In this document: one piece after another, positions 56,763 to 64,000 of the stretch
How the letters are laid out: each line of letters opens with the position of its first letter
How positions within the stretch are numbered: position 1 is the first letter of the stretch
Source of the DNA: a virus
Taxonomy: Duplodnaviria; Caudoviricetes
Strand: one strand, 5' to 3'
DNA length: 64,000 bases
Virus record (IMG/VR): IMGVR_UViG_3300031784_000002
The notes under the pieces: generated by a model
What the model was told of the DNA's origin: nothing
Databases searched by the model: none
The model's input: the letters and a program-made list of their open reading frames with translations, nothing else
Translations under genes and position numbers: made by a program

Positions 56763-58144
56763 TGGAACGGGTTGAAACTACTATTCTTAGGAGTCTTGCA
56801 TTCAATGAAGAATATTCTAGAAAGGTTCTACCTTTTATCCGAACTGAATATTTCACTGACTACACTGAGAAAGTAGTTTTTGAAGAGATCTGTCAGTTTA
56901 TTTTTAAGTACAATAAACTTCCTACTCAAGAGATTCTCAAAGTTGAAGTAGATAATCGTACAGATTTGAATGAGAATTCTTATAAAGAACTTGTAGAGTA
57001 TATTGCAAATCTTGATAATTCTCAACTAGATACATCTTGGTTGTGTGATACTACTGAAAAATGGTGTCGTGATAAAGCCATTTATTTGGCATTGATGGAA
57101 TCTATTGCCATTGTCGATGGTAAGGATTCTAAGAAGACCAAAGATGCAATTCCATCCATCCTCTCTGATGCACTTGCAGTCAGTTTTGATACGAATGTAG
57201 GTCACGATTATCTTCACGACTATGAAGAACGATACGAATTCTACCATCAGACTGAGGAAAAAATTCCTTTCGATCTGGAGTTCTTCAACAAGATTACAAA
57301 GGGTGGACTTCCTAATAAAACTCTCAACATTGCTCTTGCAGGCACTGGTGTTGGTAAGTCTCTATTCATGTGCCATTTTGCTGCTTCTGTTCTTCTCAGG
57401 GGTAAAAATGTACTCTATATTACTATGGAGATGGCTGAAGAAAGAATTGCAGAAAGGATTGATGCAAATCTTTTGAATGTCAATATTCAGGAGATCACAA
57501 ATCTTCCCCGTAAAATGTTTGAAACTAAAGTTTCTAATATTGCAAAGAAGACACAAGGAACTCTTATAATTAAAGAGTATCCCACTGCATCAGCGCATAG
57601 TGGCCACTTCAAGTCACTTCTTAATGAACTTGCACTTAAGAAGTCATTTAAGCCTGATATTATTTTCATTGACTACCTTAATATTTGTGCTTCCTCTCGG
57701 TATAAGGGAAACCTTTCTGTCAATTCTTATTCATATATCAAAGCTATTGCTGAGGAACTTAGGGGACTCGCCGTTGAGTTTAACCTCCCGATTGTCTCCG
57801 CTACTCAGACCACTCGTTCAGGTTATGGTTCTTCTGATGTTGAACTTACTGATACTTCTGAGTCCTTTGGTCTCCCTGCTACTGCTGATCTTATGTTTGC
57901 CCTTATTGGCACTGAAGAGCTCGAGGAGTTGGGACAGATCATGGTAAAACAATTGAAAAATCGTTATAATGACCCTACCATCAATAAAAGGTTCGTTGTT
58001 GGTATTGATCGTGCAAAAATGAGACTCTATGATTGTGAACAGAGTGCTCAAGCTGACATACTTGACTCTGGACAAGAAGAAGAGTATACTTATGAAGAAA
58101 AGAAAACTGGACCTAAAAAATCATTCGAGGGATTTAAATTCTGA
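56762..58144 (+). CDS. g41: Replicative helicase gp41 (DnaB-like)
   Basis: AGTGVGKS, ITMEM, IDYL, SATQTTRSG, KQLKNRY. Confidence 0.97.
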   Translation: MERVETTILRSLAFNEEYSRKVLPFIRTEYFTDYTEKVVFEEICQFIFKYNKLPTQEILKVEVDNRTDLNENSYKELVEYIANLDNSQLDTSWLCDTTEKWCRDKAIYLALMESIAIVDGKDSKKTKDAIPSILSDALAVSFDTNVGHDYLHDYEERYEFYHQTEEKIPFDLEFFNKITKGGLPNKTLNIALAGTGVGKSLFMCHFAASVLLRGKNVLYITMEMAEERIAERIDANLLNVNIQEITNLPRKMFETKVSNIAKKTQGTLIIKEYPTASAHSGHFKSLLNELALKKSFKPDIIFIDYLNICASSRYKGNLSVNSYSYIKAIAEELRGLAVEFNLPIVSATQTTRSGYGSSDVELTDTSESFGLPATADLMFALIGTEELEELGQIMVKQLKNRYNDPTINKRFVVGIDRAKMRLYDCEQSAQADILDSGQEEEYTYEEKKTGPKKSFEGFKF

Positions 58145-58554
58145 TGACTAAAAATATTGACTTTAACAAGTACACCCAATTTGTAGATGCAGTAACTTCT
58201 GAAGCATCTACTGATTTCCTTGCTCTTTCAAATCGTCTAGTAGAACTTGATGAAAAGGGTGCCAATATTGAACGACTTCTTACTGCTGGTGTTGGCATCA
58301 ACGCTGAGGGTGGTGAGTTTCTTGAGATCATCAAGAAAATGATCTTTCAAGGTAAGCCATGGAATGCAGTTAACAAAGAACACCTGATTATTGAACTTGG
58401 TGATATTATGTGGTATGTTGCACAAGCTTGTATGGCACTTGGAGTTACCATTGATGAAGTGGTTGCAGGAAATGTAACTAAACTTGAAAAACGTTATCCT
58501 GGTGGATCTTTTGATGTTTATTATTCCGAAAATCGTGCGGAGGATGATCTGTGA
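58144..58554 (+). CDS. mazG: MazG nucleotide pyrophosphohydrolase
   Basis: AEGGEFLEIIKK...ELGDIMWY..Q...N..KL..RYP. Confidence 0.92.
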   Translation: MTKNIDFNKYTQFVDAVTSEASTDFLALSNRLVELDEKGANIERLLTAGVGINAEGGEFLEIIKKMIFQGKPWNAVNKEHLIIELGDIMWYVAQACMALGVTIDEVVAGNVTKLEKRYPGGSFDVYYSENRAEDDL

Positions 58555-58730
58555 GTACTAAAGTAATTCTTGAAATGAGTCTTGAAGAAGCTGGTATAGT
58601 TCTTATGACTCTAGTTGATTCTCAAAAAGGTTATACTAATGGACCTGCAATTCCTGAACGTATTTTTAATCTTCGTGAAGTGATTGTAAATCTAGATTCT
58701 GCAATGGAAGATGCAGTAAAAACCAAATAA
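58551..58730 (+). CDS. Small hypothetical protein (59 aa, GTG start)
   Basis: GTGA overlap with mazG; MSTKVILEMSLEEAGIVLMTLVDSQKGY...PERI..LREVI. Confidence 0.55.
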   Translation: MSTKVILEMSLEEAGIVLMTLVDSQKGYTNGPAIPERIFNLREVIVNLDSAMEDAVKTK

Positions 58731-58736
58731 TAAATG

Positions 58737-58768
58737 ACCCTTCCATAAATATTTGGAAGGGTTTTTTT
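58737..58768 (+). terminator. Terminator whose loop carries a late promoter
   Basis: ACCCTTCCA-TAAATATT-TGGAAGGGT plus a T-run; CATAAATA at 58744-58751. Confidence 0.8.
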
Positions 58769-58774
58769 GTACCT

Positions 58775-59845
58775 ATGGCAAAGTTAAATGAAGGAGATGT
58801 GATGGAGGGCGTTTTTGCCATCTGTCTTGCAGAACTATTTGCAAATGGTACGATTAACAAAGCTAATGTTAACAAGTGGAGAAGACAGATTGATCCTGGT
58901 ATTTTCAGGAATGGTAGATCAGAGATTGTAGTTAGAGAATTTAAAGACGGTCGCCCACAAGATCAAATTAAAGTCACCTTGATTATTAGATTAAAATATG
59001 AATCTACAAATATGGCATTTGGTGCAAACTATGCACCTCTTTATGAGAAAAGTGCAGATGTGGGAAATATTGATAGAAAAATTGATAACTTAATTACTTT
59101 TACTAAAACACATTATCAAGACCTTATTCGCAGAACAAAGGATAGTTACTTAAAAAATAATAAATCAGATAAAGTTGATATTCTTATTAACGCTGATGGT
59201 ATTGCTGGAGAATCTTCTGGTGGAGATATAAAAGGTGACTTGGAAGTTGTCGTAACTATGAATGGCCAAAAACAACTTGATAGAACATTAAATTTCTCTT
59301 TGAAATCCGGAAGTAAAACATTGGCCAACCTAAGTCCATTTAATGGAATGATGGATATCGTAAGAAGATTTGGGGTCACACTTCCAAATGAAACTAAGTA
59401 TCGAAAAGTATTAGGCGAACAACTTGCACAAGCCAGAACTCCTTTAGAAAAGAAATTAAAAGTAGATACTATTAAAGAATTATATAAAGAGACTTTAGAA
59501 GCCCTTGAAGACGCTTCGAGAAGTTCTTCTTTTAAAGATCAAGCATTTGAATTATTTAAATCAATGACCTTTGGCTCCGATCTTGCTAATGTTGTTGACA
59601 TTGATAAATCAAAAATAAAAGAAATAACCGTAGATTATATAAACGAACTTCAGAAAAATACAACATCAATAGATGTACAAAAAAGTGGAGACAATTTAAA
59701 ATTTAAAGTAGTTCCTGGAAATAAAGAACTATTTCAATTGAGATTTAAAAAAAGAGTTGCTGGAAGTGGAGAAGATTTCCAAATTAAAGAATTAAAATTC
59801 TATGTTGAAGCTGGTCCTGCGGCTTATACACCAAAGGAAAAATAA
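58775..59845 (+). CDS. Putative PD-(D/E)xK restriction-endonuclease-fold protein
   Basis: EGDVMEG helix, KGDL.V...NFSLK motif; late promoter. Confidence 0.5.
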   Translation: MAKLNEGDVMEGVFAICLAELFANGTINKANVNKWRRQIDPGIFRNGRSEIVVREFKDGRPQDQIKVTLIIRLKYESTNMAFGANYAPLYEKSADVGNIDRKIDNLITFTKTHYQDLIRRTKDSYLKNNKSDKVDILINADGIAGESSGGDIKGDLEVVVTMNGQKQLDRTLNFSLKSGSKTLANLSPFNGMMDIVRRFGVTLPNETKYRKVLGEQLAQARTPLEKKLKVDTIKELYKETLEALEDASRSSSFKDQAFELFKSMTFGSDLANVVDIDKSKIKEITVDYINELQKNTTSIDVQKSGDNLKFKVVPGNKELFQLRFKKRVAGSGEDFQIKELKFYVEAGPAAYTPKEK

Positions 59846-59851
59846 TAAATA
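59844..59851 (+). promoter_or_regulatory. Late promoter AATAAATA for the nucleotidyltransferase
   Basis: Near-consensus at the gene boundary. Confidence 0.7.
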
Positions 59852-59885
59852 CCTTTATGGTTAAGGAATCCTAACTCGATTAATA

Positions 59886-61145
59886 ATGAAGAATTTTACT
59901 CAGTTCCTCACTGAAGCTAGAGAAACCTCTGCATCTACAGAAGCCAAGAGACTTGGTTTAACTGGAGATGGTCACGGTGGTTGGTATGATAAGAATGGAG
60001 AGTTTGTTGCAAAAACTGTTGCTGGTAAACTAAAGTTCTTTGGTAGTGACAACACTCCAGGACAAAAGGATTCCCCATCACAATCAACTGCACAAGCAAC
60101 TCCACAACCTGCAGCCGCAGAAGTTCCTGCAACTGCCGCACAACCAACGCAACAAGTTTCTGCACCTTCATCAGAACAACCTGCACAACAACAAGTTGCA
60201 CCAGAACAACAACCTGAAGAAGTGCCAGTTCCAGAAGCGCCTGGTGTTGTTGTAGTATTTGGTAGATTCAATCCACCCACCATTGGTCACGAAAAACTTC
60301 TAAAGAGAGCCGCAAAGGAAGCGGAAAAGAGAGGTTACGAGTTAAGAATTTATCCTTCTAGATCACAAGACGCTAAAAAGAATCCTCTGACTCCACAAAT
60401 GAAGATCTCTTACATGCGTCAGATGTTCCCTGATTATGCTGGCAGTATTGTTGACGACAAGGGTGCAAAGACTATTTTCAATGTACTCACCGGTGCAAAT
60501 GGAGAAGGTCATACCAACATGATCATTATGGTTGGTCAAGATAGATTGGGGGAATTCCAAGGTTTAAGTCACAAGTATAATGGTGAACTTTATAATTATG
60601 ATCAACTTGAAGTAGTTTCTGCTGGAGATAGAGATCCAGATTCCGATGATGTAACTGGAATGTCTGCATCTAAACTTCGTCTTGCTGCAGCAGAGGGTGA
60701 CTTTAAGAAGTTCGCAAAAGGTGTTCCCGATACTCTTGGTAATACTGAGAAGATGGAACTTTTCAATGTTCTTCGTAGATCTATGAATATTGAAGAGGGG
60801 ACTGAAGTATGGGAAGTTGCTCCTAAACTAGATGAAGAAGCTCTTAGAGATGCATATCTAGTAGATCGCATTTATGAAGTTGGTAACCTTGTTGAAAATA
60901 TGAACACCGGTCTCAAAGGAGAAGTGATTCGTAGGGGAACAAACTATGTGATTTGTGTGAGTGAAGATGGAATCATGTTCAAATCTTGGTTGAAGGATCT
61001 TATTGAGAATCCTCATGAGATTGGTACTGATGAGTATAGAGAATACCTTCAGTCATTAACTCCAGGTCAAGAAGTTAAGAGTTACACTGGTGTAAAGATT
61101 GCATCTATTTACGATAAATTCCGTAAGGGCAAAAAGAATAAATAA
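59886..61145 (+). CDS. Cytidylyltransferase-like HIGH nucleotidyltransferase with CTS-like N-terminus
   Basis: FGRFNPPTIGHEKL (HIGH-like), SASKLR (KMSKS-like); N-terminus MKNFTQFLTEA. Confidence 0.8.
   Translation: MKNFTQFLTEARETSASTEAKRLGLTGDGHGGWYDKNGEFVAKTVAGKLKFFGSDNTPGQKDSPSQSTAQATPQPAAAEVPATAAQPTQQVSAPSSEQPAQQQVAPEQQPEEVPVPEAPGVVVVFGRFNPPTIGHEKLLKRAAKEAEKRGYELRIYPSRSQDAKKNPLTPQMKISYMRQMFPDYAGSIVDDKGAKTIFNVLTGANGEGHTNMIIMVGQDRLGEFQGLSHKYNGELYNYDQLEVVSAGDRDPDSDDVTGMSASKLRLAAAEGDFKKFAKGVPDTLGNTEKMELFNVLRRSMNIEEGTEVWEVAPKLDEEALRDAYLVDRIYEVGNLVENMNTGLKGEVIRRGTNYVICVSEDGIMFKSWLKDLIENPHEIGTDEYREYLQSLTPGQEVKSYTGVKIASIYDKFRKGKKNK
61137..61144 (+). promoter_or_regulatory. Late promoter AATAAATA for the terminal modular ORF
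   Basis: Near-consensus overlapping the upstream stop codon. Confidence 0.7.
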
Positions 61146-61170
61146 AACTAGCAGTATTTTTTACAAATAA

Positions 61171-64000
61171 ATGGCTAGTTGGGAAGAATTTTCACGTATT
61201 GTTGCAGAAGCTAAATCTGTTAAGAAGTTAGATCCTGTCGGTCATGAAGATGACGACGTTGATAATGATGGTGATTCGGACTCTTCCGATACTTACCTCA
61301 AGAAGAGAAGAGCTACTGTTGGAGCTGCCATTGCTGCAGACAAGAAGAGAAAAGTTGAAGAAGCAAAACAACTAGATCCAGTTGGTAAAGAAGACAAAGA
61401 TATCGATAATGATGGTGATCACGATAAGTCTGATAAGTATCTTTTAAATCGTAGAAAAGTTAGATCAAAAATTATTGATCCTCAGGAAAGATTGAAGACT
61501 GATAGAGATATGTTTAATATCCCTAAGTCTGAACAGGAAGCTGCTCGTGAGAGAATTCTTGCGAAGACAAAGGCAAAGAGAATGAAAGAGGAAGTAGAAC
61601 AGATTGATGAAATTGCGCCTTTAGTTGCTGCTGGACTTGCTGCTGGTGGCGCCGCTCTTGCTGGTGCAGCTATTAATAGAGCAAAAAAAGCTGCAGATTC
61701 TGGAGTTGATGCTGCGAATAAAGGTCTAAAAGTTAAGAATCCTGGAACTGGTATCGCAGGTGCTGCATACGGAATGCAAAAAAGAAATAATGCATTAAAT
61801 GATGCAATGAAACAACTTCGACAGTCTTATGAATTTGAGGGTGAAATAGTTGATGAAGATAAAGAATACCGTCGTGAGATGGCAAAGGCTGCTGCAAGAG
61901 AAAGAGCAGAAGAGAAGAGATCTGAAGAGAACTATAGAACTAAAGGTAGAATTGGTAAAAAGAAAGCAGGTCCCAAGTTGAGTACAACTCCACATAGGGA
62001 ATCCGAATCAAAAAATTATGCTGATAAAGAAGTGGGTTCTATTAAACTATATGATAAACTTACAAAGAAAAATAAGAATGTTGTAGGTCTCGTTACTAAA
62101 GAAGAGAACGAGATTGAAGAAGGCATGTCCATGAAGGACTTCAAAGCAAATCGTCAGAAGAATAAAAGAAGAGCTGCTTCTGCCGATGCTGAGAAGAGAG
62201 GTCATGTAGGTAAGGAATGGTACAACAGTGGTAGAAAGTATTCTCCCGATGAAGCAAAGAGAAGTCGTGCAAACATGGATGATGAAGAAAGACGTACAAG
62301 ACATCGTAGTGCTGTAGATCCTGATAATGAGGATGATAATAATTACTCTGCAGACAAGACGAAGAATCCTAAGAAACTTCGCAAACAAAAAGCGATGGGA
62401 GAGGGATACCTTGCAGAGAAATCTCTAAGTAGAGCACAACAGAGATTCATGGGCATGGTTTATGCTGCAAAGAAAGGTGAAACTCCTGCATCACCTGAGG
62501 TTGCCAAGGCTGCATCTGGAATGAGTAAGAAAGCTGCAAGAGATTTTGCAAAGACAAAACATGAAGGTCTTCCAGAAAAGAAAGAAGAATTTTCTTTGGT
62601 GGATAGATTAGTCATGGAGTTTTCCCCATTAAGTGAAGGTAAACTTGATGATCTTCTTGCTGATATTCGTTCAGAAGATGATGGAAATAAAAAAAAACCT
62701 CAATCAAAAAAATCTGAACCTGTAAAAAAACCTCAAGCAAAAAAGTCTGAACCTGTAAAAAAGCCTCAAGCAAAAAAATCTGAATCAGAGAGAAAAGAAC
62801 AATCGAAAGAAGAAGTAAAAACCAGAAATACTGCAACTGAAAGAGCTGCAAGAACTTCTGCTGCTTCTAGGATTCGTGCTGCAAGAATTGCAAGAGAAAC
62901 TGAAAAGGAAAAAGAAGCCGCTAGGACTGAAAGACAACGTGAAAGAATGAGTTATGCTGAGAAAAATAAAGAATCTAAGGCAAAACAAAAAGAGTTAGAG
63001 AGTAAGAAAAAAGAGGAATCTAGCGCAGCTAAAGCAAAACAAAAAGAGGACGATAAAAAAAGAAAGGAACAAGCTAGTGCCGCAAAAGAATCAGCAAAAG
63101 CAAAACAAAAAGAAGCAAAAGACAGGCAAAGTGAATTAGAAAAAAAGGAAAGAGAGAAAAAGAATCAACTGAAAGCAAAAGAGGATTCTAGAAAACAGAG
63201 AAGATCTGAATTGGCTCGAGATGTTAAGTCTGCTTGGAGTGGATCAACAAAAGTTGCTGGTGATAAAAAAGATACTGAAGCAGTAGCTGCAGGTATGAGT
63301 AATGTGGGAAGTTTAGTATCTGGTGTTGCTAAAACTGGACTTGCTCTTGGAAAATATGCTTATAAGAAGGCAAAAGAAAAAAGAGCGGAGAAAACATCAG
63401 AAACTCCTAGTTCAAATCAACCAGAAAAAAAGGAACCAACAAAACCAGAGGCACCACAATCCACTAGTAGTGCAACTCAAAAAGCTCCTACTACAACAAA
63501 ACCAGATACGACTCAGAAAAAGTTAACTGGAACTCCAGAGAGAACAAAGTTGACTGCAACTCCAGAAAGAAAAAAATTAGTTCCATCAACAAAACGACTT
63601 CCTCCTGCAGGTCAAACAACTACAAATGCTTCTCCGAAAAGAGAAACTGGAATGACATTGGGACAAAGAGCTAGAAGAAATCCAGCATTGAAGTCCGCAT
63701 TAATGAAAAATAGAATGGAAGAGTATTCAAATTGGAGAGAGGAGTTTATTTTTGAAGTAGACGATCAAACAGTACAAAATCAAAAACAAAAAGTTATTGA
63801 TGTTTCCAAAAAGAAGAATAAAATTGAAATTAATCCAACAATGAGTGAAGGATGTGGTTGTGATGAAAAAGAAAATGAAAAGGAAACTCCAAAAAAAGAT
63901 ATGAGAGATTTACCTACTAAAGTAAATCTTTTGAAAACCAAACTAAGATCAGCGGGAGTTAGAAATCCTATTGTAATGGTTGGAGTTAAAGAGGATTGGC
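61171..64000 (+). CDS. Large modular K/E-rich protein, 3'-partial (at least 943 aa; absent from the ORF track because no stop lies in the window)
   Basis: Translated by hand in frame 1 with no stop to 64000: MASWEEFSRIVAE..., two DPVGxEDxDxDNDGD modules, a DUF3008-like SRAQQRFMGMVYAAKKG...DFAKTKHEGLPEK module, TKNPKKLRKQKAMGE. Confidence 0.85.
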   Translation, partial: MASWEEFSRIVAEAKSVKKLDPVGHEDDDVDNDGDSDSSDTYLKKRRATVGAAIAADKKRKVEEAKQLDPVGKEDKDIDNDGDHDKSDKYLLNRRKVRSKIIDPQERLKTDRDMFNIPKSEQEAARERILAKTKAKRMKEEVEQIDEIAPLVAAGLAAGGAALAGAAINRAKKAADSGVDAANKGLKVKNPGTGIAGAAYGMQKRNNALNDAMKQLRQSYEFEGEIVDEDKEYRREMAKAAARERAEEKRSEENYRTKGRIGKKKAGPKLSTTPHRESESKNYADKEVGSIKLYDKLTKKNKNVVGLVTKEENEIEEGMSMKDFKANRQKNKRRAASADAEKRGHVGKEWYNSGRKYSPDEAKRSRANMDDEERRTRHRSAVDPDNEDDNNYSADKTKNPKKLRKQKAMGEGYLAEKSLSRAQQRFMGMVYAAKKGETPASPEVAKAASGMSKKAARDFAKTKHEGLPEKKEEFSLVDRLVMEFSPLSEGKLDDLLADIRSEDDGNKKKPQSKKSEPVKKPQAKKSEPVKKPQAKKSESERKEQSKEEVKTRNTATERAARTSAASRIRAARIARETEKEKEAARTERQRERMSYAEKNKESKAKQKELESKKKEESSAAKAKQKEDDKKRKEQASAAKESAKAKQKEAKDRQSELEKKEREKKNQLKAKEDSRKQRRSELARDVKSAWSGSTKVAGDKKDTEAVAAGMSNVGSLVSGVAKTGLALGKYAYKKAKEKRAEKTSETPSSNQPEKKEPTKPEAPQSTSSATQKAPTTTKPDTTQKKLTGTPERTKLTATPERKKLVPSTKRLPPAGQTTTNASPKRETGMTLGQRARRNPALKSALMKNRMEEYSNWREEFIFEVDDQTVQNQKQKVIDVSKKKNKIEINPTMSEGCGCDEKENEKETPKKDMRDLPTKVNLLKTKLRSAGVRNPIVMVGVKEDW
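62692..62787 (+). repeat. 33-bp coding tandem repeat, about 2.9 copies (KKPQ[SA]KKSEPV)
   Basis: Units at 62692, 62725 and 62758. Confidence 0.85.

Noticed and set aside
20544-58144. Introns, inteins or homing endonucleases in g17, g20, g23, g46, g43, uvsX and g41
   Set aside because: All are uninterrupted and of ordinary length, with no intein or LAGLIDADG/GIY-YIG/HNH motifs noticed.
1-64000. tRNA genes or a recoded genetic code
   Set aside because: Intergenic gaps are short, with no cloverleaf or T-loop/CCA pattern seen. Core genes read through intact in the standard code and use TAA, TGA and TAG as stops.

Overview
The window is a 64-kb, single-strand (+) segment of a lytic T4-like myovirus. 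The conserved gene order and the presence of hsp20, mazG, a cobS/cobT-like pair, and DUF3110-like and NblA-like genes point to a cyanophage (Kyanoviridae-like). Layout: (1) 1-14.5 kb is a tail-fibre/adhesin region, with a giant fibre gene cut by the left edge followed by three tandem two-gene lectin cassettes (LamG, Gly-rich and fibrinogen-like domains). (2) 14.5-31.9 kb is the neck/packaging/tail/head block (g13-g23, g3). (3) 31.8-58.6 kb holds the recombination, transcription and replication genes (uvsY, uvsW, g55, g47, g46, cobT/cobS-like, g45, g44, g62, regA, hsp20, g43, uvsX, g41, mazG). (4) 58.7-64 kb holds late-promoter genes, including a nuclease-like ORF, a HIGH nucleotidyltransferase and a large ORF open at the right edge. 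The most interesting signal is a dispersed set of mostly late-promoter genes with T4 capsid-targeting-like N-termini and/or bead-on-a-string modules separated by putative prohead-protease [ILV]-x-E sites, suggesting packaged, protease-processed, injected polyproteins. Other highlights are cassette-style swapping of adhesin heads between identical DNA blocks, an NblA-like ORF missed by the ORF track, a shared early-promoter element before the split cobT/cobS-like pair, and a multi-domain modifying-enzyme island. Protein family calls come from motif recognition by eye; no searches were run. No tRNA, CRISPR array, intron, intein or reverse transcriptase was seen.
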